A stretch of DNA of 63,827 nt, filler included, from Octopus bimaculoides (GCF_001194135.2; 4 parts of 4 records of this genome joined end to end with filler, not necessarily neighbours in it); one strand, 5' to 3'. Shown: positions 28,251-41,370, numbered from the whole stretch's first letter. Notes: generated from the sequence alone by a model not told the origin. Made by a program: numbers and translations.

Positions 28251-29194
28251 ATCATGAAGATGGTAAGTGTATCATCTCCAACTCTCTCCAAGGCTGGATT
28301 TAAACTCATTAGCCTCTGAGATAATTTACTTCTATATGTCTTTAAGTCATTAGCTTCTAATTGGCTTATGACATTTTGCTGTTTACCTATTTCTTTTTTT
28401 GTTCTAACATCAATTTAAGTTTCAAAGTGTGGTCATCAAAAAGTATTATTACACATAACCTCTTTAAATGAATATCAATAATAGCTCATTATCATGGCAT
28501 GAGCACTAGAAAGAGAGAGAGAAAGAAAGAAGCCCTTCTTATTAAAAATGTTTGGTTGTAATTTAAAGAAGATTTAGCAGCTAATTTTAGTAGATCAAGT
28601 GATCACATAGCAGTTCCTGCATTGGATTGTTTATCATTTGAGTATGTTAAAAGATGGTGGTTTGATATCCTACTAATTTTGACACTGTTTTCCATTAAAT
28701 AAATAAGACTCATCCAGGTAAGGACTAAATATAATGGAAAAAGTGTTCATCTCTTATTTAAATCGTTTTTTGTATGAGTTTATGAACATCAGCATCACTT
28801 CAACTTATTATGTATCCCAGATTAAATGAAAAGGATGTTTCTTCTAGTGCTGGTGCCATGATATCATGCTTCTATTAAAATCCATTTTCACTCTGGAGTT
28901 GCTGGCAAGAGAAAGGTATTCAGTCATAGAAACCATGTCAATGCAGACTTTGGTACTTGGTCCAGTCCTCTAATTTGTCGTCTCCTGTCAAACTCTCCAA
29001 CCTATGCCAGCAAGGAAAACTGACTTTAAATGGTTATGATAAGGAAAGGTAACATATAGTGGCTTTTCAGTAACAATGAAGTTTAAATTCATGATATCTG
29101 AATAGAAGGAATACGATAAACAAATAAATACATCTTAAACCTTTTGTTGTTGGTTTTGTTATTATTTTTTTAGTATTTACTTCCATATTCTTTT

Positions 29195-29385
29195 CTACTC
29201 TAGGCACAAGGGCCAAAATTTTTGTGGAGGAGGAGCCAGTCGATTAGATTGACTCCAATACGCAACTGGTACTTAATTTATCGACCCCGAAAGGATGAAA
29301 ACCAAAGTCAACCTCGACAGAATTTGAACTCAGAACGTAAAGCATTTTGCCTGGCATGCTAACATTTCTGCCAGCTCGCTGCCTT
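29195..29385 (-). mobile_element. SINE family A
   Basis: CTGGTACTTAATTTATCGACCCCGAAAGGATGAAA...TTCTGCCAGCTCGC is the reverse complement of family A. Confidence 0.85.
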
Positions 29386-30064
29386 ATAGTTCCATATTAA
29401 CTGTAATTGAGCAAACCTGTGATCAGAGATGTTCCGGCCATGACCATTCAATCTCTTTGAATATCTCAGACTGCATGGCCTAAATTCTCAGTCCACAATA
29501 GTGTGATATGAGGGAATTTAGCTGTTACTTTTAGCAGATCAAGTGACTATATATAGTGCTCCTCTCATTCTTGGTAGCACAGAACACAGAGCAACACTTC
29601 CATAATTCTAAACTTGTAAACTTATACAGTAAAGTCCATCAGTATGAAAAATCAATCAATCAAAGTAACCTTCTGACAGATTGATTAATAACTTAATTAG
29701 ATATTAATAAGATTGTTTCAAATATTGATTAGATTGACCTTCATGTGTGATATATTCTTGATATGCCATTGAATTTAGCACAACCTTCTGATCCTTGACT
29801 ACATTAAGCCCTCGATTGCAACTATTTGAGATGAATGAATGAAACAAAAGTCATTTCTTTACTCATATCATACTTGAAGAATTTGAAATTCGGGCATCCG
29901 GAATTGACCCCCCGGCAGCATTGGTTTTATGAGTCTTGGAGAGATTGTGAAAGACACCGTGGTTTTTATCTACTCAATCACCTGACTTACTTATGATAAA
30001 AATAAATACGACCGGCTCTTGAAATATTAACAGTTCAACAAACAGATATCAAACTGATTCTCTT

Positions 30065-30570
30065 ATGATTATTGCCACCATTATCAACACCATCTACAAA
30101 ATCGCCAGCATCACTAGCATCATCACCGTCATGAACACAATGAGGATGATGATGATGATCAACACCACCACCACCGCCACCACCACCACCACCAACACCA
30201 CCAAAGCCACCACCACAATGATCGCCATCATCTCCATCATCAAAAATATCATCATCATCACCACCAACACCACCACCACCACCACCGCCACCGCCACCAC
30301 CACCACCACCACCACCATCATCATCACTATCAAAATGAACTATTATCATCACCATCATCATCAGCGCCATCACCATCATCGCTACAACCACTATTATCAA
30401 CATCATCACAACCGCAATAATCGTGATCATCACCATCACCAGCACCAGAACCACCGCCACCACCAACACTACCACCACCACCACCACCACCACCACAACC
30501 ACCACCATCATCATCATTATCATCGTCACCATCAAAAAACGAAAACTATGACCATCACCATCATCGAAAT
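30065..30570 (+). repeat. Compound (ACC)/(ATC) trinucleotide tract
   Basis: About 500 bp of mixed CAC/CAT repeats producing poly-His/Thr/Val ORFs. Confidence 0.9.
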
Positions 30571-30961
30571 TTATATCCATTTTCCAATGTTGGCACCAGA
30601 TAACAAGAAAGCACTTCATACTTTACTTGCCTGATTGAACACAAAACTCACTCTTTGACAATAGAAAGAGCATACAGACATAAACTAATTCCACCAGTAA
30701 ATAAACCATTACATCCGAGTGTTGAAGGCAAAATAGATGGAGAACATTTAAAAATTTAAAGCTGCGTGTATACATTTGGTTATGTCGTTCGACAATTTAT
30801 ATTTCTACTCAATGGAAATATTTAAAATTTTCAACATAACAATAATTGTACCAAGTACTTCAAAGAAAATTTCATTCTGATAATGCTTGAATAAACCATA
30901 TTGAGGGGAAGATGTAAAAAGAAACGTCTTCACTCTATAACAACGATTTATGGATATATAT

Positions 30962-31960
30962 ATCATCATCATCGTTGTCATCGTTTAACGTTTGTTTTCC
31001 ATGCTGGTATGGGTTGGATTGTTTGACTGAGGGCTGGCAAGCCAGAAGGTTGCACCAGGCTCCAATCTGATCTGGCAAAGTTTCTACAGCTGGATGCCCT
31101 TCTTAATGCCAACCACTCCGAGGGTGTGGTGGGCGATTTTTATATGCCAATGTTATGAGGGCCAGTCAAGCGGCACTGGCAATGACCACACTCAAATGGT
31201 TCCTTTTATGTGCCACAGGCATGGCAGCCAGTCAGGTGGCCCTGGCATTGACCACACTCAAATGGTGCTTTTCACATGCCACTTGAATGAGACTAGTCAG
31301 CCAGCACTGGTATTGACTATGCCCGAATAGTGCCTTTTACATGCCACTGGCACAGGTGCCAATCAGGTGGAAATGGCAACGACCATTACAATGACTTCAC
31401 TTGACTCAACAGGTCTTCGCAAGTGCAGTTTATTGCCCAATGATTGAAAGATACTCTTAAGTGGGCTGGTTATGCTGCACTGGCATAGGCCATAGTTATG
31501 GTGTCACTTGGCTTGCCAGGTCTTCTCAAGCACAACATATCTCCAAAGGTTTTGGTCACTTGTCATCACCTCTGTGAGGCCCAGTGTTTGAAGGTAGTGC
31601 TTCACCACCTCATCCCAGGTTTTCCTGGGTCTACCTCTTCCATAGGTTCCCTCTACTGCTAGAGTGTGACACATTTTCACACAACTGTCCTCATCCATAT
31701 GCAAGATATGACCATACCTGTGCAGTCGTCTCTCTTGCACACCACATTTGATGTTTCCTATGTCCAACTTTACTCTCAGGGTGCTTACGCTCTGTCGTGT
31801 ATGCACACTGACATTATACATCCAGCGGAGCATACTAGCTTCATTTCTTGCAAGCTTACACATGTCCTCAGCAGTCACAGCCCATGTTTCACTGCCATGG
31901 CTGTTTGCAGACATGCATCATACAGTCTACCTTTTACTCTGAGCGAGAGGCCTTTATCAC
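30962..31960 (-). mobile_element. RTE-clade LINE 3' fragment with minisatellite-containing 3'UTR
   Basis: ORF 31504-31914 carries HGSETW, RRLHRYGHI, GRGRPRKTWDEVV and DQNLWRYVV, typical of RTE C-termini. The 3'UTR has roughly 50-bp repeats and ends in (GAT)n on the minus strand. Confidence 0.85.
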
Positions 31961-32079
31961 ACATGCATCATAAAGTTTACCTTTTACTCTGAGCGAGTTA
32001 TTATTACAATATATAACTTCTGCTCATCAGTATAGTCAAAATGCATAAAAATAAACAAAATATTCGACATACCAAAACG

Positions 32080-32364
32080 AACACCTCATTTGTCTGAGTG
32101 TTCGGTCTTTTGGGTGCTTGGATAAGATGCAGATGTCAAGTTGACCCAGGTTGCCTCCATGGTGGTCTTTGGCATGTTGGTAGAGTATGGAGGACTGTTT
32201 TTTGTCGTCATATTGTCTCAAATGTTCATCTAGATTTTATTTCAAGATTTCTTGACATCCACATCTTATCCAAGCACCCAAAAGACCCAACAATCAGACA
32301 AATACGGGAGTATGTCCTTATAAATGAAACTTCCCCAATACTAAATAGGAAATATACATAGTAG
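32080..32364. mobile_element. Penelope-like element GIY-YIG endonuclease C-terminal fragments in inverted orientation
   Basis: Plus strand encodes LDIHILSKHPKDPTIRQIREYVLINETSPILNRKYT* (R..RE...I....P.LN pattern). Minus strand encodes SILYQHAKDHH...LDICILSKHPKDRTLRQ. Arms 32089-32140 and 32251-32302 are 48/52 identical as an inverted repeat. Confidence 0.75.
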
Positions 32365-32438
32365 ATATCATACCTCCACACCCACAGCTGACACAAACAA
32401 ACAAAAAGGAACGCAGTGTAAATAACGGACAGTAAAGA

Positions 32439-32475
32439 CTATTGAAAAGGTTGCCAGACGCAACGAAAATTTTAG
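32439..32475 (+). ncRNA. Minimal hammerhead motif, U3-A8 variant, downstream of the PLE GIY-YIG stop
   Basis: CTA-TTGAAAA-G-GTTGC(CAGAC)GCAAC-GAA-AATT-T/TAG: perfect 5-bp stem II, palindromic stem III, 3-bp stem I. Confidence 0.6.
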
Positions 32476-32641
32476 GGAACTAAAAATAAGGAATAAGTAG
32501 AAATTTTACCGGTGAGTGTGTTAAATTATAAGGCACAAAAAAGAAAATGACTCTCCCCAGAGACAACAGAATATGCTTCAATACACGAACTCACATAAAG
32601 AATCTTGCAAGCCAAATCCAAAAACGAAATATATATATATA

Positions 32642-33309
32642 TACCTACATCTATATGTATACATACATGCATATATGGGTACAGGACATAAAAAAAAACG
32701 TTAAACACAATGAGAAACGAAAACATAAATGCGAAAACATAGAAAACGAACTTTTTTCGAACAACGATAAAAACAGAGAAACGAGACATGCAACATAGAG
32801 GATATACCCCTTCTTCAGTTTACCCTGTTTCATCTACTCCACATCGTTCCTTCTGTCCACTTCCTTCCTAAAGAAAAGACGTGTCTTTCCTGTCTCCTCA
32901 TGGCTCGTCTACCTAGCGTTCATAATAATTTTTCTATCATCTTGTTTCAACAGCCCTCACCGTTTGTTTTTACTGTCTTGTTCTAACTACCATGTTCTTG
33001 TTAACACTTTCACCCTCCGCAAAAAATCCCAAATTTTATTTATTAATTTGCTTTGCGAGAAGGACTGTTTCAATGAAGTCACGTATTGTCCTTGCCTTCG
33101 AAACGCGGATTAGATGAAACAGGAACAACTGACGAAGGAGTATACTCTTTATGTTACATGTCTCGTTTCTCTGGTTTTTTTTCGTAGTTCGAAAAAAGTT
33201 CGTTTTCTATGTTTCCGTCTTTATATTTTCGTTTCTCATTGTGTTTAACGTTTTTGTTTTATGTCCTGTACCCATATATGCATACATGTATACATATAGA
33301 TGTAGGTGT
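32642..33309. mobile_element. Fold-back element with about 190-200-bp terminal inverted repeats
   Basis: 32642-32830 is the reverse complement of about 33107-33309 (ATATGGGTACAGGACATAAAA...GTTTCATCTA) around a core of about 280 bp; flanked by TA-rich repeats. Confidence 0.8.
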
Positions 33310-33399
33310 GTACATATATGTATGGACATATCCATATATTTGTACATTATTTATATTATTATATAATCGAATGTCACGCATCCTTTTCCAAGTAAGTAT

Positions 33400-33739
33400 C
33401 ATCATCATCATCACCATCGTTTAACGTCTGCTTTCCATGCTAGCATGGGTTGGACGATTTGACTGAGGATTGGTGAAACCGGATGGCAACACCAGGCTCC
33501 AATCTAAATTTGGCAGAGTTTCTACAGCTGGATGCCCTTCCTAACGCCAACCACTCAGAGAGTGTAGTAGGTGCTTTTACGTGTCACCTGCACGAAGGCC
33601 AGTCAGGCGATACTGGCAACGGCCACACTCGAAATGGTGTCTTTTATGTGCCACCCGCACAAGCCAGTCCAGGGGCACTGGCAACGATCTCGCTCGAAAA
33701 TCCTACGGAGGCCAGTCAGGCGGTACTGGCAACGGCCAC
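33400..33739 (-). mobile_element. 3'UTR-only copy of the same RTE family
   Basis: Aligns by eye to 30962-31400 (CATCATCGTTTAACGTC...GATGCCCTTCCTAACGCCAACCACTC, GCCAGTCAGGCGGTACTGGCAACGGCCAC repeats). Confidence 0.8.
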
Positions 33740-33839
33740 NNNNNNNNNNNNNNNNNNNNNNNNNNNNNNNNNNNNNNNNNNNNTTAATTAATTAANNNNN
33801 NNNNNNNNNNNNNNNNNNNNNNNNNNNNNNNNNNNNNNN

Positions 33840-34070
33840 AAAAAAATATTCAGACAAATACATAACAAAAACACCAGGACTTACAAATATATATAACATA
33901 CAGAAAATTGCACTACTGGGTACTGCACACATTCTACGCAAAACACTTTCAATACAGTAAACATAAGAGCACCACAGCAAACCACAGCACATACCCAAGG
34001 CGCACAGAGCTGCGCTCGGTAGTGAAGTGAAAGCACGTTATAAAAATAAAACTACTGAATAATAATAATG

Positions 34071-34135
<65 letters not shown>

Positions 34136-34137
34136 CA
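33840..34137 (+). mobile_element. 3' end of a second R4/Dong-like family
   Basis: Encodes YITKTPGLTNIYNIQKIALLGTAHILRKTLSIQ*, homologous to the C-terminus at about 15250-15310. A different 3'UTR follows, then (TAA)n. The 5' side is lost in a gap. Confidence 0.8.
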
Positions 34138-34917
34138 ATACTGTATGAGCGATGTTGAACAAGTCATATCACAATTATATATGTGTGTGCTTAGCATCGA
34201 TTAAGGATACTTTAATAGATAAATGAGTGATAGATGGATGTGTTATTTTGTGGAAAATTGACAAAATTCATGAAGATAGTTAAGTGTTTGCCTCAAAGAG
34301 AAAATAGAAATAAACGGAAAATACACATACGTAATACTTGCATGATTTAAATGTCTGTAGGGTTACAACGGCTTAATAATCACAACAACAATAATATATG
34401 AATATTGTGTCAAAAATAAATATATATATATGGTAAATAGATAATAGTAATTGATGAACTTAAATGTTAGAAAGTCTTAGCTGTGAGAGGAAATATGAAT
34501 GTAAACACACTCCTCTGTTTGGTTTGGATGCGCGGTAAAAATTATGGTGGTTGTGATAGTGGTGGTGGTGGTGGTGGTGGTGGTGGTGGTGGTGGTGGTG
34601 GTGGTGGTAGTGGTGGATCACAGCTAAGGTTTTCTAAAATTTAAATTTATTTCCGTCCTGTTTTATTCAGCCTTTTGTTGTTCCAAATATAACGTAATAT
34701 AATGATTTGAAAAAAAAAACAAAAATGATTTTGACAAAAATATTCCAATGCATTCGGGATATTTGAAAGGTAATATACAAAAAGAAGAAGAAGAAAAAAA
34801 ACAAGAATGAAAGCTTTTGCGTACTATACGGAATAATATGGAGTAGATGGACATTAACAACGGCATATAATAATAATAGTAATAATGATAATATAAATAA
34901 TAATAATAATAATAATA

Positions 34918-34955
<38 letters not shown>

Positions 34956-34999
34956 TTATGATGATGATGGTGGTGGTGGTGGTGACGATAATGATGATG

Positions 35000-35064
<65 letters not shown>

Positions 35065-35174
35065 TGATAATAGTAATAATATAGCAATACCAATACAGAA
35101 CATTGTAAGAACGTTTAAGAACATCCTTAATTTTTTTTTTTTTTTTTTCTGTGATCGGGTAATGAATATCTTAC

Positions 35175-35522
35175 CTGATTTCTCTGTGGAATTGTCACTG
35201 ACTGTGATTGCTGTTCGACTGGAGTTGCAGCGATTTGTATAATGGGTCTCCGGCGATGTAGCTGGCCCCGTGGGGCCAACACCCGTACTCCGTGTTTCTA
35301 AGTGTTGCACAACAGTCATTGCTGTAGTCGGTTGTGAATGAGGGGCTGCCGATGTTTCGCTGACCAGTTCCTCCAGACACAACGTGTCATTTAACGTGTC
35401 CATGGAGGTGTGTATGTCCACACCGTTCCAGCCGTTGTGGAGGGTGTTGATGTTGCCGGGGTAATAGTAGTAGCTCCGGGCGCGTAACAAATCCGCTATT
35501 TCCACGGTGGCGGCTATTTTGA
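35175..35522 (-). CDS. Isolated coding exon of an unidentified host gene (xKIAATVEIADLLRARSYYYYPGNINTLHNGW...SDNSTEKS)
   Basis: Unique, GC/CpG-rich 348-bp stop-free segment. Pyrimidine tract plus CCACAG acceptor on the minus strand above 35522; CAG|GTAAGA donor below 35175; symmetric phase 1-1. Protein family not recognised. Confidence 0.75.
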
Positions 35523-35622
35523 CTGTGGACGTAAATACCGGAACAAGAGAAAGATAGATAGATATATATATATATATATCTAGATCGATAGATAACGAAC
35601 TATCTATCTATCTATCTCTCTG

Positions 35623-35675
<53 letters not shown>

Positions 35676-35698
35676 GATAGATAGATAGATAGATAGAC

Positions 35699-35738
<40 letters not shown>

Positions 35739-36858
35739 GTAGTGTCAGAGCACAACACGACTCGATCTACTCACAGCGCTCTCACACATACGTACGTGCG
35801 CACACGCACACACCAACTCATTCAAACTCTTACACACACTCATATATACATACATATATGTATACACACAATACTACGCATAAGTTAATAGACACACACT
35901 CGCGCAACATTCACTCATACACACTTCCAAATACAAATTAACTAATAATGAGATGTGTATGTGTTTGTGTGTGTATTGTGTGTGAGTGTTGGTGTGTTTA
36001 CGTTCGTATCTGTGTATGTCTGTCTGTGTGTATATGTAAGTGTAATATAGATATGGAATTTTAGTGTTAGGTTTGTATCTATTTGCAATATGTATATATT
36101 TATATTATATATGTATGTGTTTGCATATGTGTGTGCATGCAATATGTATTTGTTTGTATGTGTATATATGTATATATATATATATATTTAAATAATATAT
36201 CTATCTTTATATGTTTATATAGGTATATAATTTTTGCTTTAAAACTATCTTCGTCTGTCTGTCTCTTTCTCTCTTTCTCTCTCTCTCTCTCTCTTCTCTC
36301 TTTCTCTTTCTTTTTCAAAACCTATTCTTCCTTCGTTCTTACCCTCACACTCGCTTCCCTCACACTTCCATACACACATACACACATGGAAGATTCTCTC
36401 GATTTCCTCTGTTGTTGAATGTTGTGTGGTGTTTGTTGTTGTTGTTGTTGTTGTAATAGAGATATTTTTCGTTTTTCTTTCTCTCTCGCTCTCTCTTTTT
36501 TTTTCTTTCTTTTTTGTATAATTTCCACAGAAAAACAAATAAAAGATTGCTACATGTACCAGATACAGGGAGAACGGCACACCATGTAGCAGTTGTCACG
36601 ATTTAACGGTAACTCCAATTTAACAGAAATCTTCGGCTTCTGGTTGATTTTTTTCCTTCTTTTCCTTCCGTTTTTCTTTTCTTTCCTTTTCTTTTACTCT
36701 TTCTGTTTATCTTTTCCTTCCTTTCGTTTCTTCTCCTCCTTCTCCTCTTTCTATCTCGTGCTTCTTTCTTACTGTTCTTCTTCTTTCATTTTTGGAGAGA
36801 ATTACGAGGATAGCGTCGCTAATGATGAAGATGAGAACGGGAATAGCGATAAGAATGC

Positions 36859-36908
<50 letters not shown>

Positions 36909-38083
36909 GTAGTAATGGTATAATTCAATGAATTAATTAATTTTGGTGATTTAAATCCATGTTTAAATTAGAATAATTAAACGATTTTTTGCATGCATTA
37001 AATCCGCTGTTTTTTTTTTTTTTTTTTTTTATATAATACTGTGTTCTATTCGCGTTTGTTCTAGTTTTAGCAGCCACATGTACATGTATATATGTATGCC
37101 TAGGTATATATATGCACGCATGTATGTAAGTACACACACACGCAAACACTCCTACACACGTACGTATATATATATATATATTTATATATATATAAATAAG
37201 TATATTAATGTGTGTATGTGTATTTGTACGTGTGTATGTGTATGTGTGTGTGTATATGTGTGTGTGTGTGTATGTGTGTGTACGCGCGCTTTAGAATGCT
37301 TATTTAAATATACACGTCAGTGACTGCATTTTTCTGTGCGTGCGTACGTTTGTGTTCCGTAAAAAACTGAAAATGAGTCTTATACCAGAGTGTGGGTGTG
37401 AGTGAAACTAACTGATCACACTATGTTTCTGTCTGTCTATACGTCAGTATGTCTGCGTGCCAGTGTGTCTGTCTGTTTGTCTCCGTGGTGTGAGTGTGGA
37501 AACGGGTTTTTTGTTTTGTTTATGTCTTTTTGCAAGCTATCGTAATCTATGTGTATGCCAAGAGGGGAGGGGGACTTGTGCTGTGTGATTGATATCAGTG
37601 CAGGTGTAAAACACCCGTGTGATATATCTATAATCGTAACAGTAACAGGATCGTTATTTCACAGTGATACCTTATATATGTATGCATATATGTATGGATT
37701 TATGTATGTATATGTATGATATACTATATTGTATCATATGATATATTATATATACATATACAAGAAAGTGTAACTGTGCTAGGCGTGTTCGACTTTTAAG
37801 GAGTCACCGACCACGTCATTTGTCGATTATCGTGGACGACATACGCTAATCTAATCCTAAACAAAGGAAGCGGTAAATAAAATGAAATACCACCAATAAC
37901 AACAACAACAGTAACAACAGCAAAAAAAGAAAACAACAAGACCAACGACAATAACAAACACCAAACACACACACACACCACACACACACACACGCGCACC
38001 TACACACTCATACAAAGAAAAACCAACTTGAAGCAAGTCTATACTAAACGATGTCTGCCAATTACGTTACAATAATAATAATA

Positions 38084-38144
<61 letters not shown>

Positions 38145-38272
38145 GGATAACTAATGTTTCTTCTATCGACAGTAAAATATTATATATTATGTTATATTGT
38201 ATTATATGTTATATATTACATAGCATAATTTTGTATTGTAAAATCTATATTATTATTATGATTATTATGTAT

Positions 38273-38311
<39 letters not shown>

Positions 38312-39058
38312 TTACATCATCAGATAAATCTGTATTAATAGTTTTTGTTTGTGTTGCAGTTTGTGTCAAATTAATTATGTTCTCGTTTCTGGTAGTTTAG
38401 TTGCTGTAAATTGTTTTGCTTTCATCATTGGTATATGTTTTGTTCGGTTCTGTTCTCTCGTTGGTAGTAAACCAGTGAAGATGACGATGATGATGATTAC
38501 GACGACGACGATATATATATATATATATCTATATATATATATATATTTGGCGGTTTGCGGCGGCGGCGGTAGCGGATGCGGCGGCGATGCTCGTGGTATC
38601 GGCTGGTTTAATATTAATATTAATGTGGCTGGCGATGACGACGGTAATGATGACGATGATGAGGATGATGATGATGACGGCGACGATGATGATGATGTCG
38701 ATGAATGTGAACGTTCGCCGTTTTTCAGTCTTGTTGTTGTTGTTGTTGTTGCCGATGATGCTCTTGTAATAATAATCTACCGAGCCTTATTCCTTGGTGT
38801 ATGATGGTAGTAGCAGTGGTAGTCGTAGTGGTAGTGGTAGTGACAGGGTTGTTACTGTTGCTTCCACTACTGTCACTGTTACTGCTGCTGCTGATGATGA
38901 TGGTGCTGTTGCTACTGTTGCTACTGCCCCCGCTGCTGCTTACTCTAGCTGCTGCTGCTTCTACGAATGGTTCTAGCCGTTTACTTCCGGTTGCATGTCT
39001 GTAAATACATGACTGTACGCATAGATATTACATGCTCCACATATATTATATCTATCTG

Positions 39059-39103
<45 letters not shown>

Positions 39104-39238
39104 ATATATATATATATATATTGTACATACATACATATATATATATACATATAAAAGTATATCGCATATGTATATATATATTTATGTATATATAAGGTGA
39201 AGTATATTTTAACATATGTACATATATTTATACATATA

Positions 39239-39285
<47 letters not shown>

Positions 39286-39386
39286 GTATGTATGTATGTA
39301 TGCACGTTTCTGTGTATATATATACATATGAGTGTGTGCGTATGTATAGGCATATATGTGTGTATGTATTGAGAGTGGTAGTAGTG

Positions 39387-39463
<77 letters not shown>

Positions 39464-39464
39464 T

Positions 39465-39499
<35 letters not shown>

Positions 39500-39674
39500 T
39501 GGCGGTTTTTGTCATTGTTCTTTATGTTGCAGGTATTCCCCCGAGGATTACTTCTCGTCGTGTTTAACCCCACGTCGATCCTGACTGAGCAGATTAATGA
39601 TCAAACATCTTAACCATATCTACACCATCTATCCATCTATCTATCTATCTACCTCTCTTTATACACACGTGCGT

Positions 39675-39737
<63 letters not shown>

Positions 39738-40036
39738 ATGGAGGCGCAATGGTCCGGTGGTTAGGGCAGCGGACCCGCAGTCACAGAGACCGGGCGTTGT
39801 GAGTGTTTATTGAGCGAAAACCCTTAAAGCTCCACCTGGCTCCTGTTTCTGTTGAGCCTGTATATCAAAGGGCCAGGCTTATCAGATTCTATGTCACGCA
39901 GAATCTCCCACAGAACAACCTCAAGGGTACACGTGTCGGTGCAGTGCTAAGCCACTTGAACGTTAATTTCACGAGCGGCCTGTTCCGTTTATTGGATCAA
40001 CTGGAACACTCGTCGTCGTGACCGACGGAGTCCCGT
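39738..40036 (+). mobile_element. SINE family D with internal deletion
   Basis: Same head and AAGGGTACACGTGTC...TCGTCGTCGT.ACCGACGGAGT tail as 60719-61102. Confidence 0.85.
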
Positions 40037-40476
40037 AGTAACATATATATATATATATATATATANNNNNNNNNNNNNNNNNNNNNNNNNNNNNNNNNNN
40101 NNNNNNNNNNNNNNNNNNNNNNNNNNNNNNNNNNNNNNNNNNNNNNNNNNNNNNNNNNNNNNNNNNNNNNNNNNNNNNNNNNNNNNNNNNNNNNNNNNNN
40201 NNNNNNNNNNNNNNNNNNNNNNNNNNNNNNNNNNNNNNNNNNNNNNNNNNNNNNNNNNNNNNNNNNNNNNNNNNNNNNNNNNNNNNNNNNNNNNNNNNNN
40301 NNNNNNNNNNNNNNNNNNNNNNNNNNNNNNNNNNNNNNNNNNNNNNNNNNNNNNNNNNNNNNNNNNNNNNNNNNNNNNNNNNNNNNNNNNNNNNNNNNNN
40401 NNNNNNNNNNNNNNNNNNNNNNNNNNNNNNNNNNNNNNNNNNNNNNNNNNNNNNNNNNNNNNNNNNNNNNNNNNNN

Positions 40477-40509
<33 letters not shown>

Positions 40510-41019
40510 GTATATCAAGGAACATATATACAGCATCATATTATACTGTCTTGTCAGTCTTTTTAAGAGAGTACAGGGTGATTTCAGAAATATATTTTGC
40601 TGCTATTTTTAACAAGCTGAGTGGCCAAGTGATGGCATAGTTTTTTTGATTTTACTACCACCATCGTATGTAATGATGACGCTTGTAGTGATGATGGTGT
40701 TTTTATCGGTGGTGGTCATGATGATGGTGCTTGTGGTAATGGTGGTTATAATGATTGGGTCGATACTGATGCTGCTGCGAGTGCTGAAGATGAAGCAATT
40801 TGCAATTATCTCATAAAGATTCTTATTTGATTACCTATATTTTAATGGTCACTTAATGCTCATATATACGCATGCGTGTATGTGTGTATATATGTATGTG
40901 TGTATGTATGTATGTATGTATGTATGTATGTGTGTATGCGTGCGTGCATGTATGTATATGTGTAAATTTCTATGTATATATATAGTTGTATATATGTATA
41001 TATATTTGTGTGTGTGTAC

Positions 41020-41055
<36 letters not shown>

Positions 41056-41333
41056 ACAAATATATATGTCTGTGTATGTGTGTATAAACACATATGTATA
41101 TATGTTTGTGCACATGCGTTGACATGTGCATGTACGTAAGTGTATGTATATGAGTGTATGCATGTGTATATGTCTATATATATGTGTGTGTGTGTGCGTG
41201 TGTGCGTGCGTGTATGTGTGTGCGTGTGTGTGAATATAAGTCTGTAGATATATTTATATACAAGCATATATAGACATATATATGTGTACATATATATATG
41301 TACACATACGTACATACATATATATAGGTGTAG

Positions 41334-41370
<37 letters not shown>

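Noticed and set aside
33075-33140. CTTCGAAACGC followed by CTGACGAAGG (also 53524-53570) as a permuted type II hammerhead
   Set aside because: No consistent stem I can be drawn and the cleavage triplet is absent; at best degenerate remnants.
35480-35522. KIAATVEIADLL as a terminal ankyrin-repeat cap
   Set aside because: Resemblance is too short to assign a family without a search.
37796-37880. Possible upstream exon with TTTGTTTAG acceptor
   Set aside because: No phase-1 donor compatible with the 35522 acceptor; could be UTR but unsupported.
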